Below, piece after piece: positions 23,103 through 35,808 of a stretch of DNA of 64,000 bases (position 1 is its first letter; every line of letters starts with the position of its first letter). A model generated the notes under the pieces. That model was not told the origin of the DNA, did not search any database, and worked only from the letters and a program-made list of their open reading frames with translations. The stretch is from assembly GCF_018350175.1 (NCBI RefSeq), contig NC_058377.1, forward strand, positions 102,920,001 through 102,984,000, written 5' to 3'. The position numbers and the translations under genes were made by a program. This DNA comes from Felis catus. Its lineage: Eukaryota.

Positions 23103-24442
23103 AACAAATCAGAGGGGGGAAGCCTATCTATTGAAGGGAGATTCCCACCCAAAGCCATGACGAGATAAAGAACTGGCAGGCATCGATATGGAAACCTCGG
23201 GGCAAGACACAGACCTGCCTTCTAAGGCCCTGTGATCACTAAGCCCTGGGCTGGTTTGGGTTTGACTAGAATGGCGACGTGTAGTTTTGAGTGACAATCT
23301 CCTGTCTCTCCCACCTGCCAGCAGTCCCACACAAATGGAGTCCCTGAGGCACCTGCCTCGCTGGTTAAGAGCAGCGCTACAGTCTAAACAGGCTCACCTC
23401 TGAAGGATGATAAGAGCTCAGGAAGTTACTGGAATCTGAACCCAGCAGCTTAACGGATTGTTGGCAGGGTAGCAGCGGGGAGCCTGGGAGCAGCTCTTAC
23501 GTATTTTTCAGAACCAGACTCTTTTCCCCAAGCACAAGTCGTGGTGCTGGGCTCTCGTGGGACATTTGGCTCTTTCAGTGTCATTTGGGATGGTGTCCCT
23601 GAAGTGCTTTCCTCAAAACAGATGGTTGTTTTCACATCCCAGCTTCGGTGAGGAAAATGGGAAAGAGCCAGGCAGCTCTGTTGTTTTGTTTCTTTGTTTG
23701 CCCTCAGGTGCCCCTTCCCACTTGTTGGTTGAGGCTCTTCATCCCGCAAGTGAATTGTTTGCTGTGTGTCTTACGTTTTCAGTGAGATGGTAAATACTTT
23801 GGATTCCTTCTGTTTCCTCTCTAGTGCCTAGTAGAGGGGGAGCACTTAAGAAATACCTCAAGAAATAAGTGAAATTCCTTTAAGGGGTTAGGATTCCAAA
23901 GAGATTCTGTCTCTAGCGGAAGGGGAGAGGCTATGGTCTTTGTGCCATGTGAATGCACGTCAGCATTGGAAGGGAATCTCGGGGTCCAGTGGTTCAGCAC
24001 TCAGGGCTCTTAGCTGCCAAAGAATGAAATAAACTCTGGGGTTTTGATACACAAAAGAAACATACTGAAATGATTTGGGGTGGTTCACAGATTTGCTGGG
24101 AAGGCAGGAGAAAGAGACCCTGAAGAGGGCAGGATCAAGCGATGCTCTATAGCCAGAGACACAACCTAAATCAGTACCTCCCTTCTAATGCTTACATGTG
24201 CCTCATTATGTCGCGCGGGTATTTCCAACCCAAACCAGGAACACTCACGCCCTCCTCACCAGGAAACAATTCAACCTATAGACTAACCGTATAGTTACTC
24301 AGGACTAATATTTAAAAGAACTACATCATGAAGAAGAAAGAAAAGGCAAGCTGTCCTGTTGCATCAATCTATCTAGTTATAGGTAGGAAGGAAATGTGGG
24401 TGGAACCATAGTCCTGACATGTTTATGAGCTCCTTCTACTAC

Positions 24443-24823
24443 AGTTATGGTCTGAATGTTTGTGTCCCCCTCAGATTCATATGTTCAGACCTAACTCTCA
24501 GGTGATGATGGTATTAGCAGGTGGCGGGGGCGGGGGGGAGGTTCTTTGGGAGGTGATTAAATCATGAGGGTGGAGCCCTCATGAATGAGATTAGTGTCCT
24601 CAGAACTGAGACTCAGAGAGACCCCCATCCCCTTCCACCATTCGAGGACACAGGGAGAAGATGGCCATCTATGAACCAGGAAGTGGACTCTCACCAGACA
24701 GGGAAACTGCCCACACCTTCGTCTCGGACTTCCAGCCTCCAGAAGTGTGAGCAATAAAACTCTGTTGTCTGTAAGACTCCCAGTTTATGATGTTTTGTTA
24801 CACAGCCTGAAATGCTTAAGACA
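24443..24823 (+). mobile_element. MaLR solo LTR (MLT1A-like)
   Basis: gttatggtctgaatgtttgtgtcccc start, ggacttccagcctccagaa, aataaa and taagaCA end. Confidence 0.9.
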
Positions 24824-25189
24824 ACTGCCAACTTAGCATGAGTCTTCTAGAAAGCAGACTCCGAAGCAGGAATTTCGATCTTGACATTCTATTTGGAAGA
24901 TCTCCCCGGGGAGGTGAGGACAACTGAGGGAAGGAGGCGAGGCTAGATGCAAACAAAGTGGTGAGACGCTTTACCGCAAGGGGATTGCACACATGCGTGG
25001 AGGGGCCGAGATTACTCATCAGACATGTTCACTCAGCATGTGGGAAGGAGTCACTGCAGCCAGGAGTTCAGAGAAGAGAAAAGGAAAGGATGCTCTTGTA
25101 CCTCATTCCTTCTCATCTCTTGTTTCCCGTCAACCTTGGGGACTTGACTCTTCTGAACTTCCAGTTGCACCATCTGGCTCCTTTGCGGT

Positions 25190-25850
25190 GCGAGAAAGCA
25201 AAATTTGGGGCACGTAGCTGGCTCAGTTGGTTAAGCGACCGGCTCTTGACTTCAGTTCAGGCCATGATCTTGCAGTTCGTGGGTTTGAGCCCCGCTTCAG
25301 GCTCTCCAATGACAGCTCTGAGTCAGCTCGGGATTCTCTCTCTCCCTCCCTCTCTCTGCCCCTCTCCCACTTGTGCTCTCTCTCTCTCTCTCTCTCAAAA
25401 TAAATAAATAAACTTTAAAAATTCAACCAAGTAAATATGAAGAACTAATTGGCTTCGTTAAATGATTCATGAATCAGGCACCATACCACTAGCAAGCAGA
25501 ATGGGGTTCTAAGGAGCTTTACAAAATGAAAGGTTTTTATAAGAAGGAGGGTAGGACAAGGAAGTTATTAATAAAAGAAAAGGATTGTTTCAGGCAAGGT
25601 CATCTTCCTTTAGGAGGAAGGGCTGGAGGGGGGGCGGGTCTCATCATGCAGATGACCTTATCTTCCTATGGGGGAGAGAGAGCTCCTCTGACAGATTACC
25701 TTACTGGTGCTGACCAGAACATCCCATATGGATTGGCTTAAAACCCCACTCCTGCGGAGGCTGAAACTGCAGTGAAGTCTTGGTTTACTGTACCGGGGGA
25801 AGTGACTCCACCTTGGTCTGTAGTTGGTTTTTTTTTTTTAACCGTGGCCA
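25190..25850. mobile_element. Probable ERV1-class LTR (MER34/carnivore-LTR-like) split by a SINE
   Basis: aaaattcaaccaagtaaat..ctaattggctt..gattcatgaatc resembles recalled carnivore LTR sequence. Family uncertain. Confidence 0.45.
25207..25421 (+). mobile_element. CAN-SINE
   Basis: Full structure. Confidence 0.93.
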
Positions 25851-27879
25851 CACAGGAAGTCAGGAACCATGTTCGGAAACATGGCTATCAATCTGAGTCT
25901 GGAAGAGGAGGCGGACTTTGTGTGGGCAGGTTTGGCAATCAGGTTCACGTGGATGTCTGCTGGCTGAGAGACCTAGGAAAAAGGGCAGAGTTTGGGAGGC
26001 GAGCAGTGTCCTTTGAAGGGTTAGCGTCCAATCCAACCCACCCCTGTGCCACTCAGATGTACTCAGGCCTCTTTCATCTCTACACTTCATACCACACTGT
26101 GGGGCTTCCATTTTTCCAAGGGAATGAAAACACTCTGAGAAGGGAAGGATAAGCCCCTTTAGCCCAGAGCAGCATTTCTCAACCTTGTATTCATTATTGC
26201 CCAGGTACCCTCTCCTCTTAAGGACCCTTTATATCTTTTATCTTCAATTCTCTCCAGCTCCCATGACATTAAATACTATGGAATAAGATTTTGTCAGATA
26301 AAGGTGAGCTTTGGAGAGAAAACCATTAGAATATCTAAGATTTTTTTCACCTCCAAGTACTGATTTTTGCCCACGTGGGGGCGATGTTGTCCCTGTGGAG
26401 ATCCCATCAAGGGGGTGGCCAGTGTTGGTCTCTTGGAAAACTACAGCAAGAGTATTAGCAAAACAAGTCCTAGTCCCTCTGTTTCTAGCTGGCCCTGAGG
26501 CTCTGGCTGAGTTCCTCATCCCCCTCCTTCATTTGTCATCAGACTCTCTGACTCTGGGATCGCACTTTGGCTGATCTGGATTGTTTTCTGCTTCCCCGAG
26601 GGGTAAGGATACATAGTTGTCCTAACCTTTTGGGTTCTGGTTTTCATGATTGCTCATTATAATCTTCCCTCCAGAGTTCAAAATTATCCTGGTTCAAGGT
26701 TTTGGGAACTGGAAACCCCCTTTCTCTACCATGCTGTGAAATTTTGGAGGTAGAACCTGAGGGTTAGCCCTATCGAAAGAGAAGGACTTGGGAAAATCTC
26801 CTAAGCTTCTGACTATGTTTTATCTGTTCAAAGTTTATTAACAAAACATTACTTAGACTTTACTCCATATCCTGTTCTGGCTTAGGTATTAGGGGGAAGT
26901 CATGCGGGTTAACGCTCAGGCTCTACCCTCTTAGACGTTCACGGTTAACTTGCAGATACAAGATGTGAACAAAGAAGCAAGAACTTGAAGTTGCCAATGG
27001 CAGGTGGAGACAAGTACAGTGATTGCCGTCAGCTATCAAGCATGGTAGAGAAAATGCTGCAGGAATCCAGGAGACGGAGAGTTATCTGTGGACTGGGCTA
27101 GTAAGTAAATATCTCATGGAAGACGTGAACCAGAGTCGTTCTTTTAACATGGGTAGGGTGTACATGGGTGGGGAGACACAGAGAGGGATTGTGAAGCAGG
27201 GCAATGGTCTGAGCAGAGGCCACATGGTGGGACCATGCATGGCATGTTCTGGGTTCAGTAAAGAGACCGGTGTCGTTAAGGTTGAGGTTCCTAAGAAGAA
27301 GTAAGAAATAAAGTTGAAAAGTTGTACCTTGGGGCCTGATCTTGGAGCGCTTTTAATGTCAGGGAAAGGTGCTGCTTTTGCATTTACCAATTCCTTATCA
27401 ATCATTTCTAGTCGCTCGTAAATTACATGGTGTGGAGTCATTCTACGAACAAAGTCATGGAATCTGGAGCTGGAGGGCACCACGAAGGTCAACTAAAATA
27501 TCGCTCATTGTACAAATGAATAAATTGATCCCTAGAAGGATGGGTGCCTTGTTGACATCAGTTGATTAGTTTGGGCAGAACCAAAAAGAGAACTGCATGA
27601 AGTGGTTTCCAGTCCAGTATAATTTAAAAGCTCCATAATCCCAGCCATTTTTTCTTAGCTGGTTTGAGATAAACACTGATAAAATCACCAAGGGCTCAGA
27701 TAACAAAATATCTCCAGAAAAGCCTGGTTGAGACATAGGTGTTTTAGGCTCTGACTAGTGGGGCATGGGAGTTCAGAGAACTGGAGTATGGGGGCCAGAG
27801 AAACCATCTGATGACAAGTGCCCATTTCACATGTCTAGCATAAGACACCCAGAAACAAAAATGAGATGTTAGAATCAAG

Positions 27880-28290
27880 CTCACAATGGATAAAGAAATA
27901 GGATTAACAAATTGTGGTATATTCATACACTGAGATACTACTCAGATATAAAAAAGAACAAATTGCTAAAATTCATAACCACCTGTTTGAATCTCAAAAA
28001 CATCATGTTAAGCGAGGGAAGGCAGACACAAAAAGAATACAAACTGTGTGGGTTCCATTCATATGGAATTTCTGAATGGGCACAGCTAATCTGCAGTGAT
28101 AGAAGTCAGAACAGTGGTTGACTCGGCAGGGAGGGGAATTGATTGGAAAGGTGGCACAAGAGACATTTCTGGGGTGATGAAAATATCTTATTATTGAATA
28201 CAGTTGCCCAAATACATGAAACCAAGCCATTGGAAATCTATGCATTTTATTGTATGCTGCTTACACTTCAATTAAAATATAATAAAACCA
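27880..28290 (+). mobile_element. Old L1ME/MC-type 3' end
   Basis: caatggataa..ttgtggtatattcatac, aatctcaaaaacatcatgttaagcga, ttctggggtgatgaaaat and an A-rich end. Confidence 0.75.
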
Positions 28291-29429
28291 AAATAAGGCC
28301 AGTACATTTTCCTTTTTGTGCTTCAAGGGGAATTTGAATATATGATGGCATCGGAGTTTCTGGAAAAATCTTTTCTTGCCTTGTCGTTTCTCCCAGAGAA
28401 GCAGAGGTGGAGATGTTAAAGCTTTGCTGGGATTCTGGAAGCAGAAGCTGGGAGGCAGCGTGAAGCCAAGGATGTTTCTACATATGGTAACATCGAAAGG
28501 GAAGATATCGACCTCCAAGATGTCTTGGTCTAACAGGAAGTTGGTCCACACTCGACAAGAGAGATGAGACCAGATATGTGGCGGAATCTTAGAAATAAGA
28601 AGACCCAGGATAGAACAAGCCAGTGGGCACTTATGTACAGCCACAGGGATTTGCTGGAGGCTTCTGGACTTGTATGTATGGGTGGGAGGGAGTCTTAGAC
28701 ATTTTGGAGCCAGAGTTTCTAAGAGCAACTTGGCCATGGAAAAAATATAAACCCTTCTGTGAGAATACACATAAGAAGCACCAAAACTTATGTTGAGGAA
28801 GACACAGGCACACCTTACACCATGTGTAAGACACTGATAATTGTGTGGTTATGTTCCCAATAGTCTGTAGACTCCTTGAAAGCAGGTATCTTGTGTTTTG
28901 TCTATGAATTCCAGCATATAGCACAGTGTCAGGTACATAATACAGTCCCCTTTTCATTCCCAAGTCACCATCACTCAACATTCTTGTGTATACCAAATCC
29001 TTGCCCCCCATCACCACTCTCCTCCTTATTTTCATAGCACCAGCATATGGATGTATTATCTCTTTCCCTCTCGGGAACATTAGACCCATAAAGTCAGAGA
29101 CTTTGGCAAATAGTAGATTCTTTCTACACATTTGTTTAAAAATGAGTAAATGAACACCCATGATTAATATTTGTTGAAGGGGTTGTTGTATTATGGCATC
29201 GAGGTGCCTTTCTAAAACAATTTTACAAAGATCACCAAGTATGTGGGCTGTGATCTCAGGGGATGGTTACAAAACACTGTGGCCCATCTCTGTTGAGTAA
29301 CCTCTTTCCCCCCATGTGTGAGCACCATACTTTTTTCCTTCTCATGAGAGCTGGATAGAAACCAAAAAGGAGCAACTAAGACAAGTCAAGTCAGAGCTGA
29401 TGGGCAAAGAGAGGTCCAAGCAATAATCA

Positions 29430-29690
29430 CCATCCTATTTCAAGCTTCTGATTATTTTCCCTAGAATCCATAATTTTACAATGTGGTTTTCAAAGTAGCT
29501 CCTGGGAGAGGGAGAGGGAGAGGGAGGAAGAAAAGGGAATGTGGTCATCATTGTGAAAATGCCTGTTGTGACGTTTGATGATGTGCTGTTGCAGGTTGTT
29601 TCTGACCCAACTAATATCCACAAAGTGAACAGTCTACCCAGGATGTGTTGTTACATAATCTCTCTTATTCCAGCCTTCTCTTATCTAGCC
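29430..29690 (-). pseudogene. Possible highly degraded OR fragment (ECL2-TM5)
   Basis: HFVDIS..C, then FPFL..SY..I..ILGKIIRS, in OR order, with a (CCCTCT)n expansion between PFL and SY. Weak evidence. Confidence 0.3.
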
Positions 29691-30931
29691 ATCTCTCCGT
29701 CTACACTTGTTAGTCGTGCTTGGATAAAACAGACGGGCACAAGTAACACACTCCTTATATGGTTTCCTTGGTCTTCAACCTGTGGAAAGGAGAAAATGGA
29801 ATTCTTGGGAATTTTCAGGAATGTACAAAATTAAGCCATGTAAAAACTATTCTCACCATTCTTTATCCTCTTTACTCATTATGGTAGGCATCTAAAATTT
29901 GTTCAATGGTTAGAAACAGTAGGTATATTACTATATGCCAAGTGAATACCAGCGAATACGCAGATGCTGGAAAAAGCCCGTGAGCCTTACCAGGTGGCAT
30001 TTGAGGAAAGACACTTTCCAGTCTCCCACTAGTATCAATAGTTCTGTGCAGGATTGCATGTCAAAACTGCCAATCTGAGGACTTATTTGCTTCCAAACCG
30101 TGTTATTTCTTAGAACATCATTCATAGGATTTGTATAAAATTTCTCAAGTATATAGGCTTAAGACTATTTTATTTACAAGGATGACTCAAAGTTAGCAAC
30201 AGACAGGGCCACGAACTCACACACGGAAACAGCTACCGGCAAGATTGACTGATCTGTCGTGACGGTTTCTCGCCCAGTGCTTCTTGTTCTGGTCTTTTCC
30301 TGGTCCCAAATGTGTAAACTTAACCTCTGACCCCGTGTGTCATGTTTCCTGTTCTTTCTTTTCCCCTGGACATTCGTGGATTCTCTAAACCAGTAGCCTC
30401 TCTGTGTTGCTTATTATGCTTTAATTCTTGCGGGAGAGTTACGATGCCTTTTCCAATTTCCCTAATTTCTCAAAATACCTTTCCTCAGAATTTGGGTTTA
30501 AATATAAATAATTATTTTTGAGAAGTGCTGGGAAGGAATTTGCACATGGAAACAAAACTCTCACCACCGTGGCTAACCCTTCCTTTCATGCACCCGTTGA
30601 ACCAGGAGAAAGGACTTGGGGAAATCCAGTGTGACAAACATATCAGTGATAAAGTGTTTAAGAAGACATAACGATGTTTCTGGCAAAGTTACTTGCAGGC
30701 AGTGTCATTTCAGTGAATGGAAGTGATTTCCATTTTGTACTGCATGTAGTGTCATGTTTAATTTTTAAAAAAGAAAAAAAGACAAAAAGGAGGAGCTTCC
30801 ATTCAGCTAAAATATGCCCAGGAAGGTAACTAGGGGAGCCCAGTAATCCAGCTGAAAGGATTGATCGCTGCTCTGGAAGCTTCATCTGGATAGAGTAACA
30901 GTTCACCTTCTTTTTGGGTCCCGAGTTAATT

Positions 30932-31175
30932 TTCTTTTTTTTTTTCTCTAAAAAAATTTTTTTTTCATTTATTTATTTTTGAGAGACAGACACAGAGACA
31001 GAGCACAAGTCGGGGAGGGGCAGAGAGAGAAGGAGAAATAGAATCCGAAGCAGGCTCCAGGCTCCCAGCTGCCAGCACAGAGCCTGACGCGGGACTGAAA
31101 CTCACAAACTGTGAGATCGTGAAATGAGCTGAAGTCGGATGCTTAACCGACTGAGCCACCCAGGCGCCACCCCCC
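30932..31175 (-). mobile_element. CAN-SINE
   Basis: TSD agttaatttt. Confidence 0.95.
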
Positions 31176-32246
31176 CCCCAAGTTAATTTTCTATGATTTG
31201 TGACCTTAAATAAAAACAAAATGAGGCATGGAAACACAGTTGGAAACTTTCCTGATGTTTGCATTCTCGACAATGTCTCGCACAGTGTGCACATGTAATT
31301 GATTCATTCTGTCCTGATGTGGCTTGGCCTGCATAGGTTGATAAGCAGCTTGCCAACCAGAGTTCTGTTCCTTCCCTCCAGCATTTAGCTGGAAGCAAAG
31401 GCATTTCTCATACATTGTGAAATCCATGACTGGTTCCAGAATAATTAACACTTTGTAGTCCTTCTCCTTACCCCCATGTGACATCAGCGTGAAAACAATT
31501 AAAAGCGTGGAAAGCAGTCATTTTGAAGAGAAGAAGTAACTGAGACAAAAATACGCCAGTTTAGGAAGAATAAGAAAGGTGGATTGTGCTGTGATAGGAG
31601 TTTACAGAAACTGTCATTTATCTGCTTACAAGAGTAACACAGTCTCACTTTACAAAACTTGGAAACATGCATGAATGAATGAAGAAGAAACGATTACCCA
31701 TAATTCTACAAAGCCCAGATAAGAACCACTAACTTTTTGGTGTGTGTCTATTCATTATTCTGCACATGTGTGTTTACCAAACTGGGCTACCGTTATACAT
31801 ACAGGTTTGTTTCTGGCTCTTACCACTTAGTGTTCTGATGAGAAACATTGCCCCTTATTGTTTAATATTGATTGAAATGCATTGTAAGTATGTTATATTC
31901 ATGTGTCCAACACTGGAAGTGAGATTTTAATGCCTTTTCGTTTTATAAAGGTAAGGAACAGGCTTCTAGTTCCACTTACGTTAGCCTTAATTATTTGACA
32001 TTATGATTTTAGAACGAGAATTACTGAATTAGTAAAAAGAAGCATTTTCAGGCCTTCGGTAAACTTAGCCCTATGGCATTTAGAAACGTTGTACCAAGTC
32101 CTTAGGTGAGTTTTAGTATCCCCTGGCTGACACTTACTTCTTGGGGTCACTAGCTGAAGTCAGCCTAATGGGCAACATCCAGTCCCTTCCCTGACAGGTC
32201 GTGTCCGCCCCCAACTGTTCCGGAGCAAGTAATTTCTGTTAAGAAC

Positions 32247-32615
32247 TGTCCTTGGATCCCTCTTTGCTTCATTTTTCCTCAGGAAGGCTGGGCAGCATGA
32301 AGCCAGCTGTGCAAGGCACCGAGGAGCGAATTCTACAGGGTTTGCCTGTGGTCAGGGAGCAGGTGCAGGAGGACGGAACCACCATGGGGCTGCAGGACGT
32401 GCCGCGGTGGGAGGACCAGTGGCGCCACCTGCTGAGCGGGTCTTCGACCAGTAGCCGTTAAGAAGGCACCGGAAGAGGTGAGGAAGGAGAGTAAAGCTGC
32501 AGGAAAGCCAACAAGGGCACGGAGGGCTTGTACCCGCAGTGCTGGCGTCCTGCTCAGTCAATGGATGCCAATTCCTGCCCGCTTCCTGGCACAATGAAGG
32601 ACGATGAAGGCAACC
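32247..32615 (-). pseudogene. Degraded OR10W-like pseudogene relic (TM4 to C-tail, with frameshifts and deletions)
   Basis: Minus strand contains aag acc cgc tca gca ggt gg- cgc cac tgg [15-nt deletion] tcc tcc cac, versus OR10W1 aag atc cac tcg gca gct ggc cgc cac cgg gcc ttc tcc acc tgc tcc tcc cac. LQPHGGSVLLHLLP resembles [14 protein letters not shown], and LRKNEAK resembles LRNREMK. The motifs occur in the correct order. Confidence 0.75.
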
Positions 32616-33132
32616 CATTGGGATGTATGGAAGGAAAGAAATTGATGCATTAGATACGCTTCTGTTTGCCACACGTTCGTATCTAAAACAACAATACAGT
32701 GTATTTCTCTTAGTAAGGTCTATGTCTGTAGGAACACATCTAACTGAAGGCGTCGTTCACAGGATACCTCAGTATCATCGCCTTCTCAGGAGGCAGGGCG
32801 TCTGTGATGCTTTAGTCCCAGCATGCATGGTGGGGGGGCCGGGGGGGGGGGGCGGGGAGGTCCTGACGAAGCAATTGCCCCGACTGAGCTCTGAACCTTT
32901 AAAGTAGGGCCCGCAGACTAGCTCTCCTGCATTGAGGTTTTTGTCCACATTTTCCAAATCTTATTCAAGCACTTCAAGAAAATGAGTACAGACTGTGGAC
33001 GTGGGGCCAACATGGCAAAAAGAAACGTCAACTGCAAAGTGTGGGGGAGGTAAGTATGAGAATTCCATATTCGTTGTTCAGAGTCCATTATCACGGCCAC
33101 TGACAGACACCCACCCCCAGGCCCCTTAAGCC

Positions 33133-34092
33133 TCAACGGGTGTCCGAGGCTGCTTTACTGGCGATGGCATTCCTCAGGGCACCTTTGACATCCTTGTTCC
33201 TAAGGGTGTAAATCAGCGGGTTGAGTAAGGGGGTGACGAAGGTGTAGACCAAGGCGATTTGGCGGTCCTCGTCCTCTGAGGTGCTGGAGCGGGGACGCAG
33301 GTAGACCAGGCTGCAACAGCCATACTGCAGCAGGACCACGGTGAGGTGCGACGAGCAAGTGGAGAAGGCCCGGCGGCGGCCCTCGGCGGAGCGGATGCGC
33401 AGGATGGCGGAGGCGATGAACACGTAGGACACACAGATAAGCAGGAAGGGGACGGTCAGCACCAGGATGCCCACCACGTAGAGCACGGCCTGGTGCACGC
33501 GGATGTCGGCGCAGGCCAGCCGCAGGACGGGAGGCACGTCGCACAGGAAGTGGTTGATTTCCCGGCGGTGCCCGCAGAAGGGCAAGGTGAAGATCAAGCA
33601 GGCGAGCTGCAGGGAGAGGAGGAGGGCCAGGCCCAGGGCGCACAGCACCATCCGGACGCACAGCTTCTGGGTCATGATGAGGGTGTAGCGCAGCGGGTGG
33701 CAGATGGCCACGTAGCGATCGTATGCCATGATTGCCAAGAGGAAGCAGTCAGCGCTGCCAAGGGCGACGAAAAAGAACATTTGGGCCCCACAGCCAGCCA
33801 GCGGAATGGGTTTCCGGGCGCCCCAAAGGTTGGCAAGCATCAGAGGCACCACAACAGAGGTGTAGCAGATTTCCAGGAAAGACAGGTTGCACAGGAAGAA
33901 GTACATGGGGGTGTGCAGCGAGCTGTGTGTGCGCACCGCCCAGACGATGGCCGCGTTGCCACAAAGGATCATCAAGTAGAGCAGGAGGAAGAGGAGGAAG
34001 AGGAGGGCCTGCAATTCGGGGACGGTGGTGAACGCGCGGAACACGAACTCGGTGGGGCCGGACTGGTTGAGGACGGGGCTCCTGGCAAACAT
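33133..34092 (-). CDS. OR10Q1: Olfactory receptor 10Q1, intact, 319 aa from MFARSPVLNQS
   Basis: OR motifs present. The C-terminal third (QYGCCSLVYLRPRSSTSEDED..KAASD) matches recalled human OR10Q1. Acceptor cttgcAG at 34099-34098 lies just before the ATG, so the 26 upstream in-frame codons are probably intronic. Confidence 0.93.
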   Translation of the reverse strand: MFARSPVLNQSGPTEFVFRAFTTVPELQALLFLLFLLLYLMILCGNAAIVWAVRTHSSLHTPMYFFLCNLSFLEICYTSVVVPLMLANLWGARKPIPLAGCGAQMFFFVALGSADCFLLAIMAYDRYVAICHPLRYTLIMTQKLCVRMVLCALGLALLLSLQLACLIFTLPFCGHRREINHFLCDVPPVLRLACADIRVHQAVLYVVGILVLTVPFLLICVSYVFIASAILRIRSAEGRRRAFSTCSSHLTVVLLQYGCCSLVYLRPRSSTSEDEDRQIALVYTFVTPLLNPLIYTLRNKDVKGALRNAIASKAASDTR

Positions 34093-35602
34093 GTCCCCTG
34101 CAAGCGAGCGACAGAAAGGGCCGGATCTTCCTTCGCTGAGTTGTTTTATTGCGGGAAGAAAAGCAGACATTTTAAATTTGATTTCTGATTTGGCATTTAG
34201 TATCCAGTTTCCAAATTCAGTGCTTGGGATGAATTCACACTAGAGGCTACGGTATATGTTTTCCCAAGGAATCTTCAAAAATGGGATAGATAGTAATCTG
34301 TAGAGTTCCTTGTGCCAAAGACTTATAGATATTCTTTGGTGAAATGTCTTTTTTTTTTTTTTTTTTTTACACTGGTATTTTACATCTAATTTGACAAGGG
34401 CTAAATCTTTGCTTGCATTGCATCGAACAGTTGTGCGGTTGTAGATGTTTTTTACATTAGACAAACGGATGTGGTTTTTTTGGTAAACATTCTTAGTGAA
34501 ATGTAACAACCAGAGGCATTCACAAATCCTAAGTGTAGGGCTTGAATTTTTTGCACTGTAAATACACTAGTATAGCCACTATCAAGAGGGACAAATTGAA
34601 CAATTCCAGAAACTTACACCCATCTCTCCTGTCTCCTGACTTTCTACCTTACAAAGGTAAACCGCCCTTTCAACTTTGGTCACTGCAGATCAGTTTACGT
34701 TTCAATTCCTACGTGTGATGATAAAGCGTGTACTGTCTTGTGACGGGCTCCGACGTTGTGTCTGCAAAGTTATTTCTGCTGTTCCATGTAACATTTGTTA
34801 TCCTTTCTGTTGTTTTAGAGTCTTCCATTTTACGGCTGTGCTGCGATTTATTCTAGAGTTCACTTTTCATCCCATTATTTTGGCTCAGATAAAACTGGGC
34901 CAACACCTTTTATTCCAGTCCTTTCTGAGATACACTTTTTATATATTTCCTCTCGTTTCAATTTTTTTTTTCTAAATTTCCAGGCATGAACCTAAACTTT
35001 AGGGCTAGGACAGATTCACCTAGACGGGGACTGTAGGGAGTAAGGAAAAATGAAGGTAGAACTGCTAGACATAAGAAAAGGCAATAAGGAAACTAAAAAT
35101 GCAGTAGCAGAATTGAAATAGACATTAGAACACGCAGGCGAGTAAGAAAAGAACTTTAAAAGCATCTAGGAAGGGAAAAGTACGTATAAATTAAGCACCT
35201 TCGGCTACTACAACTTGCCCAAGAGACAATAAAGTCATATCTGTAGGTTTAAGAAAAACAAACTGGTGTCAAAGAATTCTGTACCCACGCTTTAGTGATT
35301 TAGGTTCAAAAGCAACAGATAGACTCTCTCAGATTTACAAGGGCTTAGGAAGTATGTCGTTCTAAATACAATTGAAATAATTTCTCAACAAAGACTCTGT
35401 GCTCCTGGGTGATTAATCAGGATACATAATCCAGGACTGGGGAAGTTGTAATGGAAAAACTCGATGTGAAAAATCAAATAGTAAATATATATATTTAACA
35501 CTAAATGGTTAATACAAATATTATTCAAAGAAAAAAAATTCCCCGAATAGTGCTTGAAAACATACATAATATAAAATGCAAACATTAAAATAATTCCTCA
35601 CA

Positions 35603-35808
35603 TTAAAAAAACTTTATGTTTATTTATTTTTGAGAAAGAGAGAGAGTGCAAGCAGGGAAGGGGCAGAGAGAGAGGGAGACACAGAACGCAAAGCAGGCTT
35701 CAAGCTCCAAGCTGTCAGCACAGAGCCCGACGTGGGGCTCGAACTCACCGCGAGATCATGAGCTGAATTGAAGTTGGACGCTTAACCAACTGAGCCACCT
35801 AGGTGTCC
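35603..35808 (-). mobile_element. CAN-SINE
   Basis: TSD aataattcctcacatt. Confidence 0.95.

Noticed and set aside
28261-28770. 169-aa minus-strand ORF with OR-like words (VAVHKCPL, FTLPPSFC, STSASL)
   Set aside because: Motif spacing does not fit an OR, and the ORF end runs into an L1 tail.
34093-34170. 26-aa N-terminal extension of OR10Q1 in the ORF track
   Set aside because: It spans a clear splice acceptor, the paralogue lacks the upstream ATG, and the ATG at 34092 gives the normal length with NQS glycosylation.
33346-34188. 280-aa plus-strand ORF (and the 290-aa twin at 62568-63440, plus other overlapping ORFs within the OR genes)
   Set aside because: Antisense and alternate-frame shadows of GC-rich OR coding sequence, where stop codons are scarce. 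No independent protein features.
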